Source: Enoplolaimus lenunculus
Taxonomy: Eukaryota
DNA: 64,000 nucleotides
Reading direction: 5' to 3'
NCBI GenBank assembly: GCA_030248215.1
Contig: JASANG010003494.1
Span: 310,001 to 374,000 of the forward strand
The position numbers were made by a program, and so were the translations under genes. The notes under the pieces are model-generated. The model was not told the DNA's origin. It did not search any database and saw only the letters and a program-made list of their open reading frames with translations. Positions 1 through 26,664 of the stretch are shown piece by piece. Every line of letters begins with the position of its first letter. Position 1 is the stretch's first letter.

Positions 1-611
1 GTAATTTAGTCGAGTGCGCGATATATATATACGTATATATAGTAGGTGAAGAAATCTTGCGAGCGAAAAGCCAAACGCAATTTTAGCATTGAATGGAAAC
101 ATGAAGTTTTTGAGTTTGTGGAAATTACGGGCGCTGTCACTCCCCGATTGTCATCTTGATCTTGATATGCCCGGCAAGACGGGATGGGGTTAGGTTTTTG
201 TAAGAGGGTGTGGGTGTGTTTGATTTTCGAAACGAATTGAGTTAAAAGGGAATAAACCGAGTTGCTGAGATGAGCTGGCGATAACTTTATGTTGCTTCTG
301 TACGTCTTGAGGTTTTACGTGGGTTGCTCACGGTTGGGTAACGTCGAACCGGTGTGGGAATATGTATGTTTATATGTATTGTATGTGTTTGATGGTAAGC
401 ACGGTGTGGTATATATTAATTCTTCGATTGTGTAGCCAAGTGGCCGGATTGAACGTTTTTAGTTTGTTATATACATATAAACGTACTTTTTTGGTCTTTC
501 CGGCCCTAACACATAACAAACGTAAACGTAAGCCTAAGCCAGAAAATAAGCCTAGGCTTTAAGGTTACACCTAAGCCTAAGTTTGCTGATATGAGAATGG
601 TGGGTGGAGAT

Positions 612-895
612 ACGAAATATGGACCACCTAGGAATTTAATGAAAAATAGCTTATTGTATAGATCTTGAAGGTGCCTGGTTAAAAAGGTATGGCATTTAAG
701 ATTTAACGTTTTACTATACATTAAATACCAATTATCTACAACGATATATTTGACGAACACGGAAATTATAGATACTTCCTCGTTTCAGCCGTTGGTAACG
801 CAGCCATCAATGAGATTCCGTTGAATTCAGCTCGTCCAGATCTAGAAGAGATAGACTACTTTTTATTAAATTCCTAGGAGGGTCCAGATTGCGTA
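612..895. mobile_element. Palindromic MITE-like element
   Basis: tggaccacctaggaatttaatgaaaaatag (~620-649) is the near reverse complement of ctacttttttattaaattcctaggagggtcca (~856-887). Confidence 0.6.
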
Positions 896-2117
896 CTGTC
901 GCCAGATTTGTACCTTCGCCAGAATGGCTGTGACTGGTTTAATCTAACAGCTGAGTTAGGCATCAAAGAACGTCCCCTGTTATGTAGGGAGGGTTGTTCC
1001 TCCGTCATTGGTTTAGTGCATGTATTGTTGCCCAGACGATGTCGTCAAATCCATGATTCGTAGCTTTTCCAGAGTGTTCAAATCAGAATTTGGATAAAGA
1101 ATTGAAATATTAAGTTTTATTATGTAGAGTTTTAGAAGAAAGTTGTGTAATTGTAGTAATTACATACCTACTATGTATAGTTTCGTTTGCGTCAGCGTTT
1201 GTTCGATTTTGCTGTATGTACGCTTCGCTTTGCGGCCGATCCAGGCATTTTTTAATGGGTGAGACCGAGCGATGGAAATAGTAGTGAAGAGAAAAGCTTT
1301 CGATCGAGAAACCAAACACAATTTCAGCACTAAATCTGAATGCTGAATTTCGGGTTTGATCACCTGTTGGAAGGCGGCTGGGTTCCCGTTGTGCCCGGAC
1401 AGTGTTCTTTGTTAACAGGGGATTAGATATACGCAGTTGTGGTTCTTTATAGCGGTTGATTTAGTGTAGAATTTGCTAATCGCTACTATAAGACACTATT
1501 CTATTAAAGGTTTAATAACTTTCAAATGTTCGTACGTCATACTTAAGGTTAATACGGTCTTGTTAATTATTTAAATTGTAGCTCAAGTGTGACGTGCGTA
1601 AAGACAGTGGAAGTAGAGCGGATCCAGCCAATTTTTGACAGGGCGACCGAGTGAGATATAATAGTGAAAACAGCACGCGAGCAGCGAAGCCAGCGAGAAG
1701 CTAAAATGTGTAATTTTAGTGCTAAATTTTAAATTAAAAGTTTGGTTTTGATCTCTGTTGCGAGGCATTGCGGTGATGTGGGCCCGTTTTGGATCCCGCA
1801 AGTTTAGGTTAGCTAAGAAATTAATTATGTATTTCATCTTTTTTACACAATCTCTCGTCTAGATTATAAGGCCTCAAGGGTTTGCAGAGGTAGCAAAATC
1901 CTAGATGGATTTTGGTAAATAAGTACTACCAGATTGCGAGCGAATTTTAATTACTTATTTATGTAAAACTGTTTGATATGTTTGTGCTAAGATTTTTCGA
2001 GTGTAATCTAACTTTATTGGGTTTGAGTATTTTTTGGTAAATATGGTAACTGTATTTTTACAAACGAAAAGCTGGACTCCGTGAATTCAGAATCAAATAG
2101 TTTCGCAGGCAAATATG

Positions 2118-2513
2118 CAGGGTGCAAAACGGAAATGGATTCTACCGGATTCGGAACAGCAAATTTATACCGGAATCAGAATCGGAACTACAAAATTTGT
2201 GCGTATACGGATAATTTGTATTAACAAGTATAATATTGATTTAGCGTGTCTGTTGGCTGGCAACAATTCTCTAAAACGTCGCATGAACAAATTGGCAATC
2301 ATTTTTTGGACTCTGTAAAGCTAAACTACAATCAATTGTTGATAAGTTAACTTCTCGAAAACCATGTAATAGGTTAATGATACAGAATTTTTATACAACA
2401 TATCACAACAGGTAGGCCTAAAAATTAAAATGTGGCAATTCCGATTCCGATTGATTGTGCAATTGGAATCGGAATCGAAATTCGTTTTGAATCGGAATTC
2501 CGATTGCACCCTG
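2118..2513. mobile_element. hAT-type MITE (CAGGGTGCA...TGCACCCTG)
   Basis: TIRs flanked by imperfect 8-bp TSD caaatatg/cagatatg; close second copy at ~26665-27048. Confidence 0.85.
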
Positions 2514-2557
2514 CAGATATGGCCAGTTGACGTAAGATTTATTGGTGTTGAATAGGT

Positions 2558-2921
2558 TACTCTCTAAAAACGTAAACTTAAATTATAGGTTAACTAAAAT
2601 TTGAATATTAGTTTAAGTAAAACTCAAATGGCTGGATGGACTAACTAAAGTAGAGTTTTAATTTTTACTTTAATTAACATATTTTTAAGTTTAACATGAG
2701 TTTAGGTAAACTTATTTTTAGTTTAAGTAACAAATGCAGCCCAGAAAGTATAGTATGTGTATCTATGAGTTCATTAAGCTTAGCTTAAACTAAAAATATA
2801 TAAGATTTTAAATCAGTTTAAGCGTAAAGCTACATGTTAGTTTAGTTAATCTAGAAGGTTTGTTTAATACTGTTGGATTAGGTTAAGCTTAAATCAAGTT
2901 AGGTTAAGCTTTTGGAGAGTA
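2558..2921. mobile_element. AT-rich MITE with TACTCTC(T/C)AAAA termini
   Basis: tactctctaaaaac ... gcttttggagagta inverted termini; interior rich in TTAA/GTTTAAG. Confidence 0.6.
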
Positions 2922-4206
2922 CAGTATAGTCAACTTTTAGAGCGTTAGATAGCTATGTCTTCGTGACTGGTTTGTAGCCAGGAAAACATGGTTGCCAAAA
3001 AATTTTCAGAAGATATGCAGGGATGTTAAATGACTTACAACAGGGGCGAAAACTTATTTTTGAGGCAAAATTTTTTATGACCAAAAGCGGGTTGATTGTT
3101 ACAACGACCCCTGTCTGATCACCCATGGTTACAGGTTTGTTGGGTGGGGACGGACGGCGTCTGAAGTGGCGTATACTTCTACCGTATGATAAGTTGGTTT
3201 TTGATCGAAAGAGTTGTTTATGGTCGGTGGTTCTGAGTCAGAATTTTGGTATACTTTCTGTAACAACAAGCGTAGCCTAAACCTGAGCTCAAATCTAACT
3301 GTACAATTATTGGAATCCGTGTATGCCCAAAAATGGTCCGCTTTTAAAAATTTAATTGTTGAGCTTCTGATGACCTCCACTGCTCTTATTCCACACCAAA
3401 TTTTGAATTTTTGAAAAATTCGATTTCGCAAATAATGTCAGAACGTTCGCCAAATTATATACCCTTCGACGAAACTACTGCAGTTTGGTGTTCAATTTTA
3501 CGCGATGAAACGATTTTCCTAACGAGTTATGGTCAAATAACTGAATTGACACATGTTCGCGATCAGACGATGGGTGAGTGAGTTATGGTGCAATATTGAT
3601 TTTTGGCTTTGATTGTGGAAATTTTTAGGAATATTCACATCTATAATATATTAAAGCTGTAACGCGCCACATACGTATTTTGGGCCCCGTTCCAGCTGTT
3701 GTAATGATTGTTTCATTTTCATATATAAACAAGAGACAGCATATGTATGCAAATTAGAACACATTCTTCTAATATTTTGTGAGAAATATTTTAGGGTTGC
3801 AAATTTATGTTCTTGTAAAACCTTTGCGTCATATATAGTCAATTGGCTGTTATTCGGTGATGAAATATCTTTTTCAATTCCTATTCCGGTGACAAAGTGA
3901 ATTTCTGTTCCTGCGGGCTGCTTGCTTGCTGTGAAATGTAGTTCCTGTTAGTTTGAATCATGTTTTATTTATAATTTTCAGAGCTTTGCTTTTTGCCGAA
4001 TATATCAACCATAGTAAAGTACATTAATATTGTGATATTCATTCATTAAACGTATATTAGTTTATTATTTATTTGCATACATATATAATGGTGTTTTAAC
4101 GCAGTATGTATACGTAATGCGATTCACCGATCAGATTGCTACGTAATATTATTCGAAACTGGCAAAATTGTAAAAGTGCCGAATGAACTTCGTTGTTTTC
4201 GGTGAT

Positions 4207-4556
4207 TGATTGAAGTATCGTCATCGGAGTGATTGAAGTATCGTCATCGGAGTGATTGAAGTATCGTCATCGGAGTGATTGAAGAATCGTCATCTGAGTG
4301 GCTAAGTATCGTCATCGGAGTGCTTGAAGTATCGTCATCTGAGTGATTGAAGTATCGTCATCTGAGTGATTGAAGTATCGTCATCTGAGTGATTGAAGTG
4401 TCGTCATCGGAGTGACTGAAGTATCGTCATCTGAGTGATTGAAGTATCGTCATCGGAGTGATTGAAGTATCGTCATCTGAGTGATTGAAGTATCGTCATC
4501 TGAGTGATTGAAGTATCGTCATCTGAGTGATTGAAGTATCGTCATATGAGTGATTG
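4207..4556 (+). repeat. 23-bp tandem minisatellite TGATTGAAGTATCGTCATC(G/T)GAG, ~15 copies
   Basis: Period 23 visible directly (units start 4207, 4230, ...); ends ~10 nt before the PKD ATG. Confidence 0.97.
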
Positions 4557-4565
4557 GTTGCCGTA

Positions 4566-18195
<13,630 letters not shown>

Positions 18196-20151
18196 CTTGA
18201 ACAAGACATGGACGGAGTCAAAAGCTACGCACTGAAAAACGAGAGTTTCAAAGGTTCGCTATAGACGTTGATGTTTGCAGTGTAAAGTTGACAGTGTGGA
18301 AGCATGGAAAGTGGAGATTGTAAGATGTGATGACGGGAATTGGGTCTTGTTGGTGTGAAATCCAACATTCGATGTAGTTTTTTAAAATTTTGTGGACTAA
18401 TGATATGGAATCGAGGAAACAGCTGACGGGAGATTTGGCTTAAAATATAGGTTTTGAAGCTGTCCAACATCAAAAATATAACGATCGAAGCTGTTTCCTT
18501 TCCCAGTTAGTGACTGCTGTTACATTGTATGGTTTGACGATTTGTTGTCAACTGTGTCCCTGTTTCGGAAATATTTTGGTTCCTGTTGGAATTCTTAAAT
18601 TCGGAAAAATACGAATAGCAAAGGCGGGTGGGTTGACTCGACATTGAATTGCGGGCATTAATATAATGATGTGGGCGGGGCTCAAATTTGCAGCGAAAAC
18701 ACTGAGACGTAAGTAAGTTTTATTGTTTTGGTTATAATTTTTTTGCTGACATTGTATAACGCGAAACGTGGTAATGTGAGCTTTATTAGTGCAACGCATC
18801 TGTTATGTTAAAATTCGTATGCAGATTTCACTATGATACATTGGTTTTCGGGTCGTCTTAATATTTGAGTTTAGTTGTTTTTGTTGTGTTGGTTTTTGAA
18901 CAATTTCTTGGCAAGAATTTAAGATAGGATGGAAATCTTTGGGAAGGGTTCAGTTTTGCTTCGGCTCCAACTTCAGATTGGCGTATAAGCTCTGTCAGAA
19001 CTGCAACTGATTGGGTCGGAGGTATAAATACAAAAACTCAAAACTATAGAACCGTTTGACATGCCGACAAACAAATCCTATGTTTTGCAGGCATTTCAAA
19101 CGTGTAGATTTTTAAATGTCGGAACACGAACTTGTAGAAATTTCAACATGATACTATGAAGCCAAGCAGGTACGAATAATTTAGTTAGCTAACATTGTCG
19201 CATATATATTGTTGAAAGAGTGTTTGTTGGGATTGATAACTTATTGGTTAGCGTGGCCCAAAGTTATTTAGTAGAGCTGAAATATCACTGCATATATATG
19301 GAAAACCTAAACTGTTACGGGTACAAATTTTTGTTGGGTTATATTTTTCATGTTTCTGGGTTGAAAAGTTGTTGCGTTCCATTGCAATACTTTTCTCGGA
19401 TTAATATTGAGGGATAGGATACGTTCAATTCGAGAACCTTTGGCCTGGTCTTAAGCCTAGGTATAGGGTTTAAAATAAATATAACTGGACACGCTAATTG
19501 TTGTGCCTAGACCGAGGTTTAGGAATATGGCACGGCCGTAGCCAGGATTTGCCAAGGGGGTTAGGTTTTAAAAAATTTTAAAGGGAGTTCTTGTGTTACA
19601 ATTCAAAAATGTCTGAAAACCGTTTATTAAAATCCCAAAGATGATGGGCAATGACCCGTGAAACCGCCATGGCTACAGCTTTGGAATATTCAACGTTGAT
19701 TTTGCGGTAAACCTGTGTTTTCTATAACTTGGTATCGTCGCGGTTGCCGTGATTTTTAACGGGTTGTACCACCCGTCTGTTTTGTTCACATAACTGGAGT
19801 GGTATACGGTTTGTAGTGCATATCGGTGCAGTTGTTGATGTTGTTATCGATGTTGTTTAGAATACGTATATATAATGTTTTCTGTTATGTAGCTTAAATG
19901 TATTTTTTCATGATTCGCTTAGCCATGAAACACATAGATTGCTTCTATATGTGGTTTTAAGTCTGAATCTGACATTTGGAAACGAAATTGATCGAATGTT
20001 TTCAAAATCACTTAGCTAGGTATGTGTTGGCCACATGTAAGGATTATTTTCGAAACAAGTTTGTATCGTAAATGTCATGACGTTTCAGAAGATGGTGTTT
20101 AGCTCGTTGCTGTTCGGAAGACATTCAGATACTCGAGTTTCCAAAAAATCT

Positions 20152-20828
20152 GGACCAGTATACTCAAATGTGTATAGCAACTATCACCAGTTCATTTTGT
20201 AACTTTTGAACCAGGGAATGGTGAGCTTCGAAATTGAACACATTTATTGCATTTTATTTGTCCCAGTTTTGTACTGATTTTTCAATCACAAATGTACGAT
20301 GGAGTTCGTCAGTGTGAAAAAATATCGATAACTGGTGATAGGTGCTATATACAAGGCCTCTGTTATAGGAGGTTCATGTGTCTAACAACCTCTTTGGGAT
20401 TTTTGTTCTAAGATTTTTCGAGATACGCTATCAGTTTTAAACACAAGAAACCTGTAGTCGAGAATTTTTCAGAACATAACCCCCTTTGCAAAAGCCTGGC
20501 TGCGCTCATAGCTGTATTCATATGAGAATTTTGGCCCTGGTGCAAATTTTTGAATTTGGCTGGAAGTACTACTAAGGGCTTCTTTCTTTGATGTATTACA
20601 GGTTAGGCCCATATTCTCAAATGCATATAGCACCTATAACCAGTTAATAATAGGTTTTCAAACGAACGAACTGGTGCAATTACAGGTCTTGAAATTTGTA
20701 CAGTAAGCAGAAGAAAATCGAAAGCAATAAATGTGCTGTATTTCAAACGGCACTATTCCCTGCTTCGAAAGTTACAAGGCCTATCACCAACTGGTAATAG
20801 GTGCTGCAGACATTTGAGAATTCGAGCT
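20152..20828. mobile_element. Two adjacent Harbinger/PIF-like MITEs (GGCCCATATTCTCAAATG termini); the first is interrupted by another short element
   Basis: Copies ~20152-20538 and ~20606-20828 share ctcaaatg..atagca.ctat.accagtt and aactggt.ataggtgct...tgagaatt; a third relative lies at ~38502-38705. Superfamily call is inference from GGCC termini. Confidence 0.65.
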
Positions 20829-21335
20829 TTTTTAATTCGTATCGACCATAATTAAGAGTTATATCTATGTGTAGTTATATTAAAATAGAGTGTTTCTGGA
20901 CAATATTATTTATTTAATTGTTCACAAAGACTAATCCGATATTTTATATTATATATATGTGATAATTTTAACTGCTTTTATATTATATGGCTTTACAAAT
21001 CTTGACTGTTGTGCACTTCGTCCGCAAGCATTATCCTGCACCCATAACTGTCCGACGCTTAAATGTAATCTAAGCCTGAGGGTGAAACTGAAGCGTTATT
21101 CTAAGCTTAAGTGATGCTGAAATTTGAAAATTTAGAAAACGCTACGGAGGAAAGTGTGTCAACAGCTTAGATTATTATGGATATATACCTGTACTCTATT
21201 CCTGTGCCACAACCTTACCGTTATTTTATTGTAGTCATTAATATTTGCAGGCCATGATATTGTGTGTGCATTTCGTATTTTTGTCGGTGAGGGCGGTTGT
21301 CTGTCGTTCGATTTACTATGCTACGTTCATAAAAT

Positions 21336-21417
21336 CTATAATCGTATGTTTGAAATCTAAAAAAAGAACTAGTAACTATAATCGTATGTTTGAAATCTAA
21401 AAAAAAGAACTAGTAAC
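21336..21417 (+). repeat. ~40-bp direct tandem duplication
   Basis: ctataatcgtatgtttgaaatctaaaaaaagaactagtaa occurs twice, differing by one A. Confidence 0.9.
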
Positions 21418-21471
21418 ATTGATGAGTTAACTAAGCGAAAAGCGGTATGCCGTTATCCTGTGTGTATTGGT

Positions 21472-22095
21472 AACCAATCGTACACGGTTCTAAATTCTAA
21501 AATATCAGTTTTAGAACCAATCACACACGGTTCTAAATTCTAAAATATCAGGTTTTGAACCAATCGCACACTCTTCTAAATTCTAAAATATCAGTTTTTG
21601 AACCAATCATACACAGTTCTAAATTCTAAAATATCAGTTTTTGAACCAATCATACACAGTTCTAAATTCTAAAATATCAGTTTTTGAACCAATCAAACAC
21701 GGTTCTAAATTCTAAAATGTCAGTTTTTAACCAATCACACACGGTTCTAAATTCAAAAATATCAGATTTTGGAACCAGTCATGCACGGTTCTAAATTCAA
21801 AAATATCAGTTTTTGAACCACTCACGCACGGTTCTAAATTCTCAGATATTAGTTTTTAATTCTAAAATATCAGTTTTTAACCAATCACACACGGTTCTAA
21901 ATGCAAAAATATCACTTTTTTAACCAATCATACACGGTTTTAAATACTAAAATATCAGTTTTTGAACCAATCATACACGGTTCTAAATTCAAAAATGTCA
22001 GTTTTTGAACCAATCATACACGGTTCTAAATTCTAAAATATCAGTTTTTGAACCAATCATACACGGTTCTAAATTCTAAAATATCAGTTTTTGAA
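21472..22095 (+). repeat. 43-bp tandem minisatellite AACCAATCATACACGGTTCTAAATTCTAAAATATCAGTTTTTG, ~14-15 copies
   Basis: Units start e.g. at 21601 and 21644; minor indels and one partial unit near 21845. Confidence 0.97.
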
Positions 22096-23126
22096 TGTTT
22101 ATTAATTTTTTCTCTGGCTTTATTTCTATATAACAATTTAATTTTATGTGGTCGGCTGAACAATATTTGTGACTGTCAACCATATAACAACCCATTAATA
22201 GAACGTGTCATGTACGCTAAGTGTGAATCTAATTCAAAGTTCAATCGTGAATCGATTTATAAGTCCAACTGTAAGCCTAAGGGTGGGGCTATACTATATA
22301 TATAGTTTGGGTGTATCCAGGATTTCAGTTCTTGAGGGTATGACGTCATGTTTGGCAAATTTTTCTATCCTGAAGCAGCCAAGAAAATTGTTCTAAAGCC
22401 TGTTAAAAGTGTCTTTTGTTGTCTGTCGTCAAATTTTGGGTGGTGATGTATTAGCTGTATCCGCCGTTTGAATACTACACTGTAAAACTGGTGGTATGGC
22501 GCCTTCCGGCACTTTTAGGCTTTCTACTCGGTTCAGGAGCTGTTCTATACATTGCTAAATAGCATTATATTTATGGAGTGTTTACTATCTGTTATTCACT
22601 CTTAATAATCATGTGTTAGTCCCCCTATTTTTAAACGGTTCATTTGTCGCAATGTTTGTGTGGTTTATGCTGCGATAAGAGTTGCTGACGATGAGGATAG
22701 AGTTGAATTATTTGAAAATCAAAAAGGATTTTTGGAAGTCATCTAAGAACTTAGTTGATTTGCTAAAGTTTCATTCTATCCGTTTCATATAATCGGATCG
22801 TCTGCTAATGATTTAACACATTTTTGATGTCGAAACAACATTAAATAGAGCAACTTCTATTAGACTTCCTTGTCGCGTGGACTTCCTGGTTTAGAAAGGT
22901 TGTCGTTGTGCAGGCGTGTTAGGAAATTTGTTATATTCTGCCGCACATACAGTGATGTTGATTGGTTAGAAGGCGAAAGTTCATCGTATTACCGTTTACT
23001 GCTTTTTGTATTATAAGACTACGATAAGATTTAAGCGGAAGCTGAACCTGAGCCTTAAGACTGCATTTTTGTGCCAGCCATACGCTTGGGAAGTTTTTGC
23101 GGGGCGGGGGGAAATAAACACACACC

Positions 23127-23394
23127 TTAACCCTTTCTCACATGAATATTTTCTATTTCCCATGAGACCTACATTTACGCTAGGATTCGAACTCCAGTGA
23201 CTGGAGTGGGAGGCGTATACCATCCCCACTCAGCTATAGGAGCTGGACGCTCGAGCCCGCGGGGGCTCTCACGTCTTGTGGTGATTTAGTACTATGTAGA
23301 CGTGTTGCAATAGTTAAACACGGTGTGATACATATTTAACGTATATACAGTGCGCCGAGTTGCCTATAGGCAACTCAATGTGAGAAGGGGTTAA
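23127..23394. mobile_element. piggyBac-type MITE with TTAA target duplication
   Basis: TTAA|ccctttctcacat ... atgtgagaagggg|TTAA; internal perfect palindrome gagttgcctataggcaactc; a related terminus at ~31848-31873. Confidence 0.85.
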
Positions 23395-25124
23395 GGCGCG
23401 TGTATTGTAGCTTGTAGTTTTAAATATTTTTGCAAATATTAACATAGTTTGAGTAAGATTTTGAGCAAACAAGTTGTGCAATATTTGTCATTGTTACGTT
23501 CCTGGGTTATGGATGATCTCGTTTTATTTTTGTGTGATCTATAAAAAGATTAATTATTATATTATTAACACTTATATTTTGTATATTTTATTTGATGTTA
23601 ATAAAATGTGTTACGATGTAAAAGCAAGAGTGGATAAGGTATAACAGGCGTTTAGCCAGTATTTACAGTTGGGATGGCTGAGCTTTGCTGTAAGGATAAC
23701 CATCAGTTCTTGTCGGATATTTTCTTAATCTATATTTACGGATATCGGAAAGTTAATTTTCAGTTTCGGATATCCAAAAATTAATTTGTGTTTTGACATT
23801 TCCGAACCTCGTGGCGATCAGAATAACGAAAACTGCATATTGCTTTATTTTTAAAACATCATGTACAACCGGGTATGTATGCGGCTCCGGCAGAATTAAG
23901 CGCAAAACCAGTTATATATACCAGGTTTTTAACAGATTTTGAGCATAAAAATGGCAGAATTTTAGATATTTCTGTAACGCACACGGACACCGATTTCTAC
24001 CGGAGACGGGTATCCGGTTACAACCTGGACTGAACACATACCAACACAGAAATCTATTTCATTTTCAAATGTGTATCTATATTATATACTTTATGCGAAG
24101 TTCACGTTATAACCGGGTCAGGCGGGTCACGGTTTGTCCCATGTTGATTCGACTTGAACGTTAAAATTCGGGCTTTCATATAGGGTCTACAGACAAAACT
24201 CGAATGTCATATGACATTAGCTTACAAATCACCGCCCTCAAATGTTCAATGTGTTCAAGAGTCGCGTATGCCAAGTGGTACTGTCGGACATTTACGCGAG
24301 TACCATATGATACTCCAAAGTCACGATGTGTACCATATGATATTCAGAGGGATCGTATAATCTTCGGGTGGTAATAAATAAAGGGAAAGTTAGATATTGT
24401 ATTGAACAGTGTTATGGTATATCGAATATATTTTCAAACAGTTAGCTTTAAAAGAGAGGTCAAAGTATCAAGAAATTGTGTTCAACGTTATTGTTTATTT
24501 ATCAGTTACATTTTCAAACAGCTGAGTATTGAAAAAGATATTTATCACCTAAAGTGCATTCTGATCGGGGCGTTGCAAGGAATCCTTTTCAGAAGAGTTA
24601 CAGAATTTTTACGGTTCGAAATTGTTGATAATTTGGCAGCTCCTGTAGGATGCAAAATGTGCCATTTTAAAGTTCCATTAGTAGCTGAAAATAAGTACAA
24701 ACTATAGCAACTATTGTTTGTTGTGGAATATTGAAATGCGTAAGACCTTTGACCAAGATCAAAACGAAAGACTTAAAATTTTGACTTAAATGGGGATTCC
24801 ACTTACATGCAGCCCTGTATCTACCTAGCTAGTGGACAAAATTATTGAGGGTATGCTGTAGAAGAAATCAACCAAAACATGGGAACAAATGTCACTCTAA
24901 AGCATCCCCTTCTTCGCAGAGTTTTTGTTTTTGAAGTTTCTGATCCAACTAAAACCTTGTTTATACTAGTGTAAATATCGCATGGCTATTGGCTTGCGCT
25001 CGTATTACGACGCTGTTGTGATGGTTTGTTGGTTCTACATGTCAGAACTGCACGGTCGGGACGACCCCTTTCCCCAAAGTACTGCGAATATAATGGGTTT
25101 TCCCATTAATTTCTCCGAAAGATA

Positions 25125-25197
25125 TGGCCACGCCGGGAATCGAACCTCGGACCTCTCGCTCGCGAGTCAAGCGCGCTACCCATTACACCATGCGGCC
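25125..25197 (-). pseudogene. tRNA-like sequence (CGC anticodon, Ala-type); probable head of a tRNA-derived SINE or a tRNA pseudogene
   Basis: Reverse complement GGCCGCATGGTGTAATGGGTAGCGCGCTTGACTCGCGAGCGAGAGGTCCGAGGTTCGATTCCCGGCGTGGCCA: A and B boxes intact, mismatches in acceptor, anticodon and T stems. A decayed copy at ~25994-26066 shares the non-tRNA segment gaact.cacggt...acgaccc. Confidence 0.75.
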
Positions 25198-25562
25198 GAT
25201 ATCATAATTTTCTCTGGTGGTATATGTGCACGAGTATGTATATGTCTTAACACTACACACTCTGCACATACACAAGCCGCGTATACTCACACTACATTCA
25301 ACTGTATTCGTTTTTGTTGTGTGTTAGATGTACGACACCACTAAACACTGTACAGCATTGTATTTTTTAGCTAAACAGCTGAAAAAACAGAATGTGTTCA
25401 AACAACTAAGTTATATGTCCTGACATCCTGAAATTCGGCTCTGTCAAAAAGTCGCCATCCTGGTCCAGCTCCGGTATTTTAGCTTGCCGGATTTTTTTCA
25501 AAAGTTTCAAAAAATGGAATCCTTTCGGCCATACAGGCAATGTAAATGTTTGCATGTGCCCG

Positions 25563-25969
25563 CGTACGTTCAGAATAATTATTGGCTTACAATAATGCTG
25601 GAAAACCTAATAAAGAGCCACGGACGTTCTGATATTTGAATGCAACCTAGTATTAGATTTGAATTTATTATTCGGCTCCGGGCGCCGGATATTAGATTAT
25701 CTGGCTTCGTCATTTTTTGGTATGTGGTCGCACCCTGGTTGGAACTACACGGTATGCACGACCCATCGTACGTTCAGAATAATTATTGGCTTACAATAAT
25801 GCTGGAAAACCTGATAAAGAGCTACGGACGTTCTGATATTTGAATGCAACCTAGTATTAGATTTGAATTTATTATTCGGCTGCGGGCGCCGGATATTAGA
25901 TTATCTGGCTCCGTCATTTTTTGGTATGCGGTCGCACCCTGGTTGGAACTACACGGTCTGCACGACCCA
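25563..25969 (+). repeat. 204-bp near-identical tandem duplication spanning a hAT-MITE end and adjacent SINE-like sequence
   Basis: Units start at 25563 and 25767 (cgtacgttcagaataattattggc...). Confidence 0.93.
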
Positions 25970-26664
25970 TGTTCTAGGTTTTGCCCAACGTTAAGGACCA
26001 CGCCGAAGATAGAAGCTCGACCCTCTTGCACTCGAGTCAAGCATGCTTCCATTAAACTATGTCGATTGCAACATCATATTGCGGTATATGTGCATTTGTA
26101 TGACTACCTTTTTTGCTTTTACATACACTTACCGTGCACATATACCGACATACAACCGCTTCCAACTGTTTTTATTGTGCTGCTGGTGATACAGTAAAAT
26201 CGGTCTCCCGGCAAATTGGTCCCCCGATCGTTGGACGAAATCTCCGAAAAGTTGGTCCACCAGGCGGGCCAGTTATTCTAGAAAAATTTCACCGCACGAG
26301 AAAATTGTTTCGCCTGGTAAAACAATTATATAGATACCCCTTCAAAAAGCAACCGCTGTCTCATACAAATAAGCTTTTGCTAGGTTTAGTACGCACGTGA
26401 CGGATATAATATTAAACTATTACTATTCATTTAATTTAAGGTCAACTATCTAACGAACGTCACGTATACACCGTTGCCGTCCGAAAAACCAAAATATCCA
26501 TATCTTGTAATTTCAGAAGTATTCATTGTAAGCAATACCATCTTTCTGTTCTAGAATACGAGGCCAGCCTCTGACGCTTTAAGAAGGTTTTAAACTGATT
26601 AGACCCTTTTGTTAACCGCCAAAATAGATGTATAAATGAATATCTAGCTACTAACTAATTAAGC

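Noticed and set aside
505..590. True telomere or chromosome end
   Set aside because: GCCTAA units are few, degenerate and interstitial.
4207..4556. CRISPR array or spliced-leader gene array
   Set aside because: Units are head-to-tail with no unique spacers, no cas genes, eukaryotic context; no SL1-like sequence, donor plus Sm site, or SL RNA length.
21472..22095. CRISPR-like array
   Set aside because: Pure tandem repeat without spacers.
25125..25197. Functional tRNA-Ala(CGC) gene
   Set aside because: Mismatches in acceptor, anticodon and T stems and no G3:U70 identity pair.
25640..26197. Duplicated ORFs MQPSIRFEFIIRL...
   Set aside because: They arise from a 204-bp duplication of MITE sequence; no protein motif.
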